Both the position numbers and the translations under genes were made by a program. From the NCBI GenBank assembly GCA_031362155.1, contig JANLRZ010000180.1:31023-95022 (forward strand): a stretch of DNA of 64,000 nt. The letters run 5' to 3'. The stretch comes from Acidimicrobiia bacterium. Lineage in GTDB: Bacteria > Actinomycetota > Acidimicrobiia > IMCC26256 > JAENVU01. Positions 36,964 to 46,219 of this stretch are shown one piece after another. Under the pieces are notes generated by a model, which had not been told where the DNA came from, made no database searches, and was given only the letters and a program-made list of their open reading frames with translations. Every line of letters starts with the position of its first letter. Within the stretch, counting starts at the first letter, position 1.

Positions 36964-37893
36964 TCAGCCCACGTCGACTGTCTCGAATCGGCCGAGGCCG
37001 TAGTCGCCGGCGATGGTGGTGCGGTGCATGCAACGGGTGTGCTCGGGTGCCATGCCCGACACCGAGTGGAGTACCCGCCAGTTGTCCCAGATGACCATGT
37101 CCGTGGGCCGCCATGTGTGGAAGTAGCAGAGGGCGGTGGCCTTCGCGACGATCTCGGCGCAGACTGCCGAGAGGAGCGCGTCACCCTCGGCGTCGGTGCG
37201 TCCGGCGATGCCCTTGGCCATCCAGGGCGATACATGCAAGACCTTCTCGCCCGTGCGTCGGGTCCACACGGCGGGGTGGAGTGCCCGCGGCCGGTCGGCG
37301 AACTCGGCCATCACCGCCGCGGCCTCGCGTGACGGTTCGATTTCGGCGAAGTCGGCCGGTCGGCCGTAGCGGAGGTTGTCGAGGACCACGTCCATCGCGT
37401 ACAGGACGGTCTCGCCCTCGATGCGGTCGCGCAGTTCCGGCGAGATTGCCTGGTAGAGCGCGATGCCGTCGACGAAGCCGGTTCGGCCACCCTCGGGGGG
37501 ACCCTCGACTGACCGCAGCACCCCGGCGCGGTTGAGCTCGTCGTTGTAGCAATGGTCGAAGTGCCACGGCAGCCACTGTGAGAGCTCGACTCCGTCGAGC
37601 CGGACCTTGCCCGGCTGGTTCGGTTCGTGCCGGATCTCGATCACGCCGAGTTCGCCACCCGCACGCGGCGTGGCCTTGCTCGGATGGTCCTTCAACGGGC
37701 CGAACACGGTGCTGAGCGCAACCTGCATCCGGGGGTCGGGTTCGACGCCTTCGAAGACCAGCAGTCCGTAGGTCTCGAAGAGGTCGTTGAGTTGGGCGCG
37801 CGCTTCGGGATCGTCAGTGGTTGCCCGGGTCACGCCCCGGATGCGTGCGCCGAAGCCGAGTTCGGCGCGGATGGGTTCGACGGTCAGACTCAT
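36964..37893 (-). CDS. TauD/TfdA family Fe(II)/2-oxoglutarate dioxygenase
   Basis: WHFD (HxD), GGRTGF, HPAV, WRPTDMVIWDNWRVLH, RCMHRTTI. Confidence 0.92.
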   Translation of the reverse strand: MSLTVEPIRAELGFGARIRGVTRATTDDPEARAQLNDLFETYGLLVFEGVEPDPRMQVALSTVFGPLKDHPSKATPRAGGELGVIEIRHEPNQPGKVRLDGVELSQWLPWHFDHCYNDELNRAGVLRSVEGPPEGGRTGFVDGIALYQAISPELRDRIEGETVLYAMDVVLDNLRYGRPADFAEIEPSREAAAVMAEFADRPRALHPAVWTRRTGEKVLHVSPWMAKGIAGRTDAEGDALLSAVCAEIVAKATALCYFHTWRPTDMVIWDNWRVLHSVSGMAPEHTRCMHRTTIAGDYGLGRFETVDVG

Positions 37894-37918
37894 GGGTGGC
37901 TCCTGTTGCCGGTTCGAA

Positions 37919-38794
37919 TCATGGTGGCGTCCCCGCATCGATGGTGCGTTCCGACCATTCGACGAGCTGAGGTACCAGCCGCGGCCAGCGTACGAAGAGG
38001 GAGCCCGTCGTCTCGATCCCCGCGCGACGCTCGTTCCACTCGTTGTCGCCCCACGGGGGCTCGACCAGTTCCGCGCCCGGCAGGCCCGCCGCGATCGCTT
38101 CGGAGGTGGCCCGCGTGTGCGACATGTCCGATGGTCCGCTGCGGAACACCATGATGGGCACACGGAGTTGCGCGATGTCGGAGTCGTCGAGCCCGGGAAC
38201 GAGCGCGTTGTCACACGGGCAGTAGGCGAGCGCCCAGCGATCCATGACCGCAAGAAACTCGGCGCGGTCCATCGCGAGGATCCGGTCGCGGTTGGCCGGA
38301 TTGAATGTTTGGGTCTCCTGCCACTGGTCGAGCGCGGCGACGGCCTCCATTCCTCCGTGCCACGCGGCGTCGGCCGAGGGCATGCAGTAGTAGTTCGCGA
38401 GTTGCAGCAGGCCCGGCACGCCCCCGCTGATCCACCACATCGCCAGGCCCGCGGTCACGTCGGGATTGCGGGCCGCCGTGAGCAGCGAGACGCGTGCCCC
38501 ACCGGATCCGCCCGCGATGATCGTCGGGCCGAGGTCGAGGTGGCGGAGCAGTGCGGCGAGGGCATCGGCCTGGACTTCGGATTCGGATGGGCCGGCGAAG
38601 ACGACCGACGAAGCACCACAGTTGGGACGATCCCACAGCAGGACCTGGTTGCCGTGCCCGGCCAGCGTGCGGGCCATCTCGGGAAGCCCGCCGACGGCTT
38701 TGGTGAACCGACCACCCGGGGTGAGCACCCACGGCCGGCCCTCGCCCACGAGCTCGTACGCGATCTCGATCCCGTCGAGGACTGCGACCGGCAT
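37919..38794 (-). CDS. Alpha/beta hydrolase
   Basis: LTPGGRF, WDRPNCGAS, GGSGGARVS. Confidence 0.8.
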   Translation of the reverse strand: MPVAVLDGIEIAYELVGEGRPWVLTPGGRFTKAVGGLPEMARTLAGHGNQVLLWDRPNCGASSVVFAGPSESEVQADALAALLRHLDLGPTIIAGGSGGARVSLLTAARNPDVTAGLAMWWISGGVPGLLQLANYYCMPSADAAWHGGMEAVAALDQWQETQTFNPANRDRILAMDRAEFLAVMDRWALAYCPCDNALVPGLDDSDIAQLRVPIMVFRSGPSDMSHTRATSEAIAAGLPGAELVEPPWGDNEWNERRAGIETTGSLFVRWPRLVPQLVEWSERTIDAGTPP

Positions 38795-38910
38795 GTGTGA
38801 CCCCCTTTGTGCCCTCGTCGGTCTATCAGGGTTCGCCGATCGGGGGCTCGCGCTCGGGAGTACCCGCCCGCCCTGGTCAAGCGCCGGCCGGGCGTGGTCG
38901 ATACCGAGTC

Positions 38911-39657
38911 ATGGATCTCCGTCCTCGTTTCTCGATCGTCGTGCCCGCACACAACGAGGAAGCCCTCCTCGGACGCGCGCTGGAATCGATGCAGGCCGCG
39001 ATCGTGCAGTCGGGCGCGGTGAGCGAGATCGTGGTCGTCGCTAACCGCTGCACCGACCGGACCGAGGCGATCGCCAAAGACGCGGGTGCGATCGTCGTGC
39101 GCAATGACGACCGGAATATCTCGGCGATTCGCAATGCCGGGGTTGCGGCGTCGACGGGTGAGGTCGTGGTCACGTTGGATGCTGACAACGTGATGCATCC
39201 GGGTGCGCTCCGCGAGGTCGACCGTATGCTCGTGACGGGCCGATTCGTGGGCGGTGGGTGTTCGTTCGTTCCCGAGCGACGTTCCTTGGGACTCGCGACG
39301 AGCAGCGCGCTGATTCGGTCGGTGTGTGTCGTCGGTCGCGTGGGCGGCGTGATGTATTGGTGCCGGCGAGAAGACTTCGACGCCATCGGGGGCTTCGACG
39401 AATCGTTGACGGTGGCCGAAGATCTGGACTTCGCGCGCCGGCTGCGGCTGCACGGTCGTGACCGCGGCCGACGGTTCCGGAACCTGCGCGGCGTGCCGGT
39501 GACTGTGTGCTGTCGGAAGTTCGATTCCTTCGGCGACTGGCATATCTTCACGCTCGCTGGCCGGGGCCGCGAGGTCTGGGCATCGCTCAAAGGCACCGAT
39601 ACTCGCTTCGCCGACGAGTACTTCTACGACTACGACCGGACCCCAGTCGCGAGGTGA
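38911..39657 (+). CDS. Glycosyltransferase family 2
   Basis: SIVVPAHNEE, ANRCTDRT, RNAG, LDAD, GGFDE..EDLDF. Confidence 0.9.
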   Translation: MDLRPRFSIVVPAHNEEALLGRALESMQAAIVQSGAVSEIVVVANRCTDRTEAIAKDAGAIVVRNDDRNISAIRNAGVAASTGEVVVTLDADNVMHPGALREVDRMLVTGRFVGGGCSFVPERRSLGLATSSALIRSVCVVGRVGGVMYWCRREDFDAIGGFDESLTVAEDLDFARRLRLHGRDRGRRFRNLRGVPVTVCCRKFDSFGDWHIFTLAGRGREVWASLKGTDTRFADEYFYDYDRTPVAR

Positions 39658-39701
39658 GCGGGCGGGCCGGTCTCGTCTCCGCGCCGTCGTAGGCTCGGCC
39701 G

Positions 39702-40559
39702 ATGTCATCTTCGAGCCCCGCGTCGCTCGCCGAACTGCTCGAACTCGAGCGGCTCGACCGTGATCTGTTCCGCGGTCAGAACGAACCGGGAGCGCGCGAT
39801 CGGTTCTCCCTCTACGGCGGGCAGGTCGCGGCGCAAGCACTCGCGGCGGCGGGCGCGACGGTCAGCGACGATCGGTTGCCGCATTCGTTCCACGGCTACT
39901 TCCTCCGGCCCGGTCAGGTCGACCGACCGGTGATCTTCGATGTGAACCGCGATCGAGACGGCGGTTCGTTCTCCGCCCGCCACGTGCGCGCGGTGCAGGA
40001 TGGTGAGGTCATCTTCTCGATGCTCGCCTCGTTTCACACCGAGCGCGACTCGCCGGTGTTCGACGCGGTGCCGGCACGCGACGCACCCGATCCCGAGACT
40101 CTGCCGTCGCGCCCCTCGATCGCGGCGCTCGTCGAGGTGCGGGAAGTGACGCCCACCCGGATCGTCGGCCGACAGATCCGGCATCCCGATTGTGTGTGGG
40201 TGCGCACGGTCGCGCCATTGCCCGACGATCCGCTCGTCCATGCGTGCGCGCTGGCGTACGCGTCCGACCTCGGGTCTGGATTCGGTCAGACCTACGTGCC
40301 CGGTCTGGCGACGGGCGGGCCGAGCATCGACCACGCCGTGTGGTTCCACGCCCCGTTGCAGGCCGATGAGTGGATGTTGCTCGACCTCGCGCCGCGGAAG
40401 GCGCGCTCGTCGCGGGGCGTGTACGACGGGTCGTTGCGCAATATCGAAGGTGAACTCGGTGCGGTGATCGCCCAGGAGATGCTGCTGCGCGAACTCGTGC
40501 TCGACGATGAGACTCTCCAACGGGTGGCCGACTTCCTCGGTGTCACGCCGGAGGAGTAA
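39702..40559 (+). CDS. tesB: Acyl-CoA thioesterase II
   Basis: YGGQVAAQAL, HSFHGYFLRPG, RDGGSFSAR, ALAYASD, SIDHAVWFH, AQEMLLR. Confidence 0.9.
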   Translation: MSSSSPASLAELLELERLDRDLFRGQNEPGARDRFSLYGGQVAAQALAAAGATVSDDRLPHSFHGYFLRPGQVDRPVIFDVNRDRDGGSFSARHVRAVQDGEVIFSMLASFHTERDSPVFDAVPARDAPDPETLPSRPSIAALVEVREVTPTRIVGRQIRHPDCVWVRTVAPLPDDPLVHACALAYASDLGSGFGQTYVPGLATGGPSIDHAVWFHAPLQADEWMLLDLAPRKARSSRGVYDGSLRNIEGELGAVIAQEMLLRELVLDDETLQRVADFLGVTPEE

Positions 40560-40579
40560 CCCGCGCTGCGGGCATGCGT

Positions 40580-42934
40580 TCAGCGATGCGCGTCGCCGCG
40601 CCAGGGTTCAGCCTTGAGGTCGGGGTCGTATTCACGGAGCGGATGGCGGTTCGGGTCGAGCCACGCGTCGGTGTCCCACGGTTCGAATGCGTTGGTCACG
40701 TTGGCGAGACCGGTGGTTGCCAGTTCGGGGTAGTGACGCAGGATCACCGACTTCAGGTTGTTGTCGTCGACCCACTGAATTCCCTCGTCGCTGTAGACCT
40801 CGGGTCGGTAGTCGTCGGTGTAGAAGCGATCGGCCTGGAGTCGACGGCTCGCGTTGAGGATGAAGATCTGGAACATCGTCTCACCGAACCCGAACTTGGT
40901 CGGTCGGTGGGATTCGGCGAGTGTGCCGATCATGAGGTCGAGGTTCTCGACGTTGTCGCCGTAGACCTCGGTCAGCGTGCGAACGACGTCCGTGTCGTCG
41001 GTGAGGTCGTCGAAGGTGCGGATCGGGTTGAGTCCGAGCTGACGGCGGAACTCGTTGTAGCGGGGCACGCCTCGCTCCCGGGCGCGCAGAATGTCGATCG
41101 CACCCATGTCGAACACGGGGTTGCCCGGAATGCTGAGCTCCTGCATGAACTTCGGGAAGTTGTTGAGGACGAGTTGGCCGGGGTGCTGGTTGCCGAAGGA
41201 ATAGAAGAGGCTCGCCATGCCGATGGCATCGGTGACCTTGGGCGAACCGGCTTGTCGGCTGGCGACGAACGGCAGGGACTCGATCAGCGCGCCGGAGCGG
41301 AAGTCACGCAACTCGAGCGTTTCCGGCAGCAATGAGTGGAGCCGGTACACCTCGACGAACTCCTCGGAGAGCCCGTACGCAACGTCATGCCGGTTGATCG
41401 AGTTGCCGATCAGCCCGCCCAGCTCGGGGTTGGAGACCTTGAACTCGGCCACGGCCTTGCGATGTTCGGGCTTGCGGAACTTGTACGTGATGATGCCGTA
41501 CCAGTTGGAGTTGAGCGCCATGGTCAGGGTTTGGTTCGGCAGGATGGCCGGTGTCCACTCGGTGGAATGGATCTTGGCCATGACCGCGGCGTTGACCAAA
41601 CGCGCGATGTTGAACAGCCGGTTGTCGTCCCAGTCGGGATGCGCGCGCTTCAAGTGGTCACAGATTGCGTTGTGTTCGCGGGCGAACAGCGTGTGGAGCA
41701 TCGACAGACCGACCCACCAGTTGCGGATGAACCCGCTGTCCTCGACGCCGTTCGCGCCCCGCGGCAAGGTGTCGCCGTCGAGGCGGAGCTTGCCGTCGAC
41801 GCCGCTGCGCAACCGGTCCTGGGTTGCCTGGTTGCTTCCGTAGATCTGCGACCCGTCCCACCAGTGGGTGACCTCGTTCAGGTGAGTCACCGGCGTCGAC
41901 TCACCGAACTCCCGCCGTGTCGGATCGGGCTGGGTCCGTCCGATGAACATGTTCGACTGGCGGAATCGTTGACGGGCCGGATCGTCCTCGTCGAGGGGGA
42001 TCTCGATGAGGTCGCGCTGGAGGATCTCGCCGTGGGTGACCCAATCGTGATTCTGGAACTGGATCCACGAGGCGGCGAGCAGATTGAGGAATGGCACCTC
42101 TTTCATGGTCTCGCCCCGCGTGAGCAACTTGCGGCTGATCGTGCGCGGGTTCGGGGAGAGGAGTTCTTCGTCGGTGGGTCGCCGGATCGAGGAGTTGGCG
42201 ACGTTGCGTAGGAAGCGCGTGCCGGCGGCGCCCTCTTTGGGATTGTCGAGGCGGTTCCAGCTCCCGTCGGCGGTGCGGAAGTGGGTGACGCCCGGCGGTG
42301 GGGTGAGGTCGTCGGGCGCGAAGCCGGTTCTGACGTTCGTGGGATAGGACGAACGCAGGTTGTCGGCGTCGAGCTTGTTGCGCATGTAGGCGAGCGTGAG
42401 GATCCCCTGCGCGAGCTTCTTGTTGTACCAGTTCGTCCACACCTCGGCTCGGTAGTTCTTCCCGACGATGCGCGTCGCGGCGTCCCAGACCACGTTGGCC
42501 ACGGAGCCGCCGGCGTGGCCGACCAGATAACGCAGTCGTCGCCAGTGGGGGTCGGACCGGTCGGCTTCGGTCGGCGTCGGAAGCTCCGGTGCGGGCGGAG
42601 GCGCGAGCACGACACTGGCGTCGAAGAAGTGGAGTTCGGGAACGAAGACGTTCACTTCGGCGTGTGCGTTGGCGCGGGCCGAGTTCAACAGTTCGACCCA
42701 TTCGGCGTGGTCGGGTTGGCGTTCGAGGGCCCGGGCGAGATGGTCCGCAGCCGCCTCGTAGCGCTCACCGAGGAAGTGAGCGAGGCCCAGCAGCGCCTCG
42801 CTCTCACCCTTCGGGTCGTCGGCCGCGAGGTCGGCCAATGCGTCGACCGCGCCGTCGAAGTCTCGAGCGCGCAGATGCTGCACCGCTTTCTCCCGGGCGC
42901 CGTCCCAGTCTCCCTGCGCGTCGTGTTCGTTCAT
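40580..42934 (-). CDS. Heme peroxidase-cyclooxygenase family protein, fatty-acid alpha-dioxygenase-like, with TPR-like N-terminus
   Basis: LAASWIQFQNHDW (distal His), THWWDGSQIYGS, AKIHSTEWT, EEFVEVYRLHSLLP (catalytic Tyr and proximal His), ERGVPRYNEFRR, ASRRLQADRFYT. Confidence 0.9.
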   Translation of the reverse strand: MNEHDAQGDWDGAREKAVQHLRARDFDGAVDALADLAADDPKGESEALLGLAHFLGERYEAAADHLARALERQPDHAEWVELLNSARANAHAEVNVFVPELHFFDASVVLAPPPAPELPTPTEADRSDPHWRRLRYLVGHAGGSVANVVWDAATRIVGKNYRAEVWTNWYNKKLAQGILTLAYMRNKLDADNLRSSYPTNVRTGFAPDDLTPPPGVTHFRTADGSWNRLDNPKEGAAGTRFLRNVANSSIRRPTDEELLSPNPRTISRKLLTRGETMKEVPFLNLLAASWIQFQNHDWVTHGEILQRDLIEIPLDEDDPARQRFRQSNMFIGRTQPDPTRREFGESTPVTHLNEVTHWWDGSQIYGSNQATQDRLRSGVDGKLRLDGDTLPRGANGVEDSGFIRNWWVGLSMLHTLFAREHNAICDHLKRAHPDWDDNRLFNIARLVNAAVMAKIHSTEWTPAILPNQTLTMALNSNWYGIITYKFRKPEHRKAVAEFKVSNPELGGLIGNSINRHDVAYGLSEEFVEVYRLHSLLPETLELRDFRSGALIESLPFVASRQAGSPKVTDAIGMASLFYSFGNQHPGQLVLNNFPKFMQELSIPGNPVFDMGAIDILRARERGVPRYNEFRRQLGLNPIRTFDDLTDDTDVVRTLTEVYGDNVENLDLMIGTLAESHRPTKFGFGETMFQIFILNASRRLQADRFYTDDYRPEVYSDEGIQWVDDNNLKSVILRHYPELATTGLANVTNAFEPWDTDAWLDPNRHPLREYDPDLKAEPWRGDAHR

Positions 42935-43056
42935 TGACCTCTGCCTCGGGTTCGATGACCGATGCGACGTTCCCCGCCCGTCGCGAGCGGAAGGTACCAC
43001 CGACACTGGCCAACGGGCACTGGCGACTGGGTTCGGTCTACCGTGCGCTGCCCCTG

Positions 43057-44595
43057 ATGAAAGGACCGACTCTCGTGCCTCCTTCCGTGTCTCTCGGCTG
43101 GCGGGTGAAGCGCTGGTTCTGGAACACGCTCACGACGCTCAAGTACCACGGAGAGGTCCCGACCGTGATCGGTGCGCCCCGTCCCGATGACCGCGAGATT
43201 CGGCTGGTTCCGTTTCGGTCGAAGTATCCCGCGATCCCGATCAACGGCGCCCTCGTGGCCGATGAAGTGCCCGCCGATGAGGTCGAGCAGAAGAAGGTGG
43301 TGTTCACGAAGGTCCAGCACCGACTCCTTGATTGGATCCCGCCGACGACGGACGGGCTGCCCGCGGTCGCCGAGTCGGCGCAGGTCGCACTGGACGAGGC
43401 CTACACGCCCGCGCACCGTCGGTGTTTTCCCGAACCGGTGCGCCCATCCGAACTGGGGCTCGGCGCGCTGGCCGTCGCGAGTCCCTACGCGAGTTATCTC
43501 CACGCGTCGGGTCCGGGCACGTTTCGGTGGGACGTGAGTGTGCTCGCCGACTTCGAGTGCCACGCCGGGCTCGTGCCCCCGGGGGCCGTGGTCGACTTCA
43601 CACTCGACGTGAGCACCGGCGCGCTCGAGCCGATCCGGATCGAGGCCAACGGGGCCAGCGTGCAACCGGGAGCCGCCGGGTGGGCCGACGCGGAGCGGAT
43701 GGCGGTGTGTTCGGTGACGACCCACGCGGCCATGGTGCGCCACTTCAACTGGTTGCACCTGACCGCCGGCCAACCGCTCGAGGCCGCCACCCGGAATCGG
43801 CTCCCGGCCAACCACCCGATTCGACGGCTGCTCTGGCCACACGTCTTCGGGACTCACGCCGGCAACGCACTGGTCACGGACGTGTTGTTGTCTCCGGGCG
43901 GAGACTTCGAGGGGATCTTCAGCTTTACCCACCGCGGCATGTGCGAACTGTTCGATGCGACCTCGACGAGTTTTGATCTGGCCTCGATCAACCCGATCCT
44001 CGACGCGTCCCGGCGGGGCATGACCCAGAGCGCGGTCGCCACCCCCGCATCGGACAACTGGAGCAGTCTCTACGCGGTGATGTTCGACCATGCGCAGCGT
44101 TATCTCGCGGTGTATTTCCCGTCGGACGAGGATGTGGTCGCCGACCAGGCGCTGGGTGCCTGGATCGATGACCTCGACCATTTCCTGCCGAACGGCACCC
44201 GCGGGGTGCTCGGCGAGACGGTGACGGCCGCGGGCGTCGCGTCGCTGTTGGCCACGGTGATCTACCTCGCGACCGTGGAGCACGAGATCACGGGCAGTGG
44301 TCTGTGGGACTACCAATTGTGGACCGACACGTCGCCGGTCCGGATCTACGAAGACGGACGCCGGTTGCCCGTCGACGTGTATCAGCGACTCGTCAACGCG
44401 AATCTCACGCTGAACGTCCATCGCACGATGTTGCTGAACGACACCGTGATCGGTGTCGCGCTCGACGAGCGAGGGGCCGGCGCATTCCGAGAGTTTCAGC
44501 AGGACCTGCTGGGGCTCCAGGCGCGCCTCGATCGGGGCACCCCGGCACCGTGGCGGCTCGAGCCGCGTCACCTCAAGGCGAACATCAACGCGTAG
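43057..44595 (+). CDS. Lipoxygenase (divergent, catalytic domain only)
   Basis: VRHFNWLHL (two Fe-His), LP.NHPIRRLLWPH, TVEHEITG (third His), C-terminus LKANINA; start uncertain (43057 or 42955). Confidence 0.85.
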   Translation: MKGPTLVPPSVSLGWRVKRWFWNTLTTLKYHGEVPTVIGAPRPDDREIRLVPFRSKYPAIPINGALVADEVPADEVEQKKVVFTKVQHRLLDWIPPTTDGLPAVAESAQVALDEAYTPAHRRCFPEPVRPSELGLGALAVASPYASYLHASGPGTFRWDVSVLADFECHAGLVPPGAVVDFTLDVSTGALEPIRIEANGASVQPGAAGWADAERMAVCSVTTHAAMVRHFNWLHLTAGQPLEAATRNRLPANHPIRRLLWPHVFGTHAGNALVTDVLLSPGGDFEGIFSFTHRGMCELFDATSTSFDLASINPILDASRRGMTQSAVATPASDNWSSLYAVMFDHAQRYLAVYFPSDEDVVADQALGAWIDDLDHFLPNGTRGVLGETVTAAGVASLLATVIYLATVEHEITGSGLWDYQLWTDTSPVRIYEDGRRLPVDVYQRLVNANLTLNVHRTMLLNDTVIGVALDERGAGAFREFQQDLLGLQARLDRGTPAPWRLEPRHLKANINA

Positions 44596-46216
44596 GGGTT
44601 TCCTTTCTCCCCGGCGTGAGGGCGGCCTCCGGATTGGCAAGGAATCGCAATGCGGTCACCGAAGGACAGAAGAGATAGATCGAACCCACGGTCTGGATGA
44701 ACCGGGGGAATCCGGTGAGCACAACGGGTTCGGCGCCGGGGAGCGGGATCTCGAACGAGCTGGTCGCTTCGCGGTTGGCGCCGATGATCGGATCGTTCGT
44801 CCGGGTCACGCGCGGATCGTGCAGGCCGATGTTGATCCAGTCGTACATGACCGCCTCGAACTGCGCAATGAGGCTCGCACTCATGAAGTGGCCGAGTAGT
44901 CCGCGGCGGTGTCCGTCGTTGGGGTTGGCCGGGTCATACGGCGGGCCGTACGGCACACCGCGCCGAACCAGCGGCCGGGTGTAGTTGGCGCTGCGCTGGA
45001 CGATGCGCCCGTCCCTCGGGTTCGCGCGTCGGATGTGAGAACCGATGGGGCAGTGGGTGCCGTCGGAGTCGTCGAGCGCCGCGATCTCGTCGTCGAGGAA
45101 GTCGAAGTCGTTGAGGTTCTCGTCCGCCAGGGGAGGTGGGAGTCCGGGGCCGGTGAATGACGACTCGGCGTCCCCACCGACGGTCCAGTGCGACAACGAC
45201 AGCGGAACACCATTGCGCCACCTCCCCATCAACTTGGCCGCGATTCGTTCCTTGTCCCACACGATCTCGGGCGGGCCTGCGGGTTCGCCAACCGCGCGGC
45301 GCCGGTCGAGTTCGGTCGTGACCTCGAGGGCACTGCGCTCGAGGAACTGCTCGAACCCGTGGACGTCCTGTTCCATCATGCGGAAGGCGCTGAAACAACC
45401 GTTGACCCCGAGTTCGATCGTGACCGACCCCTCGGTCGCTTCGGGCATCTGCCAGGTGACGCCGGGGAAACTCGTCCGGTAGTGCTCGGCGGGCACCTCG
45501 GCCGTGCCGGGGTCGTCGATCCGGCCGAGGAGCACGGTCCCCACGGACGCGATCGGCTGGGCGTCGGCGCGGCCGGCGTACTGGCCCTTCACGACGAACC
45601 GGGGTTGGGAGATGCTGTCGCGGTAACCAAAGTGGACCGTGTCGCGGTCGGCGGCATCACCGGTGTACGTGTCGAACGTCGCGCCGTCGATGCGGGTGAC
45701 CACGGTGAATGCCTGCGACTCCGCCCACGCGGACTCGAGTCGGGTGGCGACCTCGTCGAGCGCGTCTCGGTGCTCGAGCGCGTGAATGGTCCACATCAAG
45801 TGGACGTGGTCGGCGTTGCCGAGCCCGTCGATCCAGTGCTCGGGTGCGCTGTCGGCGATGTCGCCGACTTTGCGGGCCCGGTGTGGTGCACCTTCGAGAA
45901 ACTCGTCGGGGAAGGTGGCCAGCCAGTCCGGCCGCAGGCCGAGGGCCCCCAGCCCGGCCGCCGTGATACCCACGTTCACGCAGGTGGCCGGCTTGGTGCC
46001 CTCCTCCCAGACCTCGGCCGTGGTCAGGGTCGGCATCCCATTGGTCCCGGTGACGATCGCAGCGATCGACGCCCGGGCCGCGGCGGGGTTCGCAACCCGC
46101 ACCACGATGTGGCGCACGAAGCGCATGTTGTAGCCGCGCAGGATGTTTCCTTGGATGTCGGCGAGGATCGTGTCGTCCGAGATCGTGACGCCGGGTGGAA
46201 GGTCAATCGTGGTCAT
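44585..46216 (-). CDS. Dyp-type (dye-decolorizing) heme peroxidase
   Basis: DIQGNILRGY, HFGYRDSISQP, CPIGSHIRRANPRD, LVRRGVPYG. Confidence 0.9.
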   Translation of the reverse strand: MTTIDLPPGVTISDDTILADIQGNILRGYNMRFVRHIVVRVANPAAARASIAAIVTGTNGMPTLTTAEVWEEGTKPATCVNVGITAAGLGALGLRPDWLATFPDEFLEGAPHRARKVGDIADSAPEHWIDGLGNADHVHLMWTIHALEHRDALDEVATRLESAWAESQAFTVVTRIDGATFDTYTGDAADRDTVHFGYRDSISQPRFVVKGQYAGRADAQPIASVGTVLLGRIDDPGTAEVPAEHYRTSFPGVTWQMPEATEGSVTIELGVNGCFSAFRMMEQDVHGFEQFLERSALEVTTELDRRRAVGEPAGPPEIVWDKERIAAKLMGRWRNGVPLSLSHWTVGGDAESSFTGPGLPPPLADENLNDFDFLDDEIAALDDSDGTHCPIGSHIRRANPRDGRIVQRSANYTRPLVRRGVPYGPPYDPANPNDGHRRGLLGHFMSASLIAQFEAVMYDWINIGLHDPRVTRTNDPIIGANREATSSFEIPLPGAEPVVLTGFPRFIQTVGSIYLFCPSVTALRFLANPEAALTPGRKETPTR

Positions 46217-46219
46217 GGT

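Noticed and set aside
42931-44640. Long antisense/shadow ORFs in the track (e.g. 42931-44640 -, 57150-59519 +, 33999-36332 -, 23700-25136 -, 17209-18696 +)
   Set aside because: They are Arg/Pro/Gly-rich translations overlapping well-supported genes, as expected from stop-codon scarcity in high-GC DNA, and carry no recognisable motifs.
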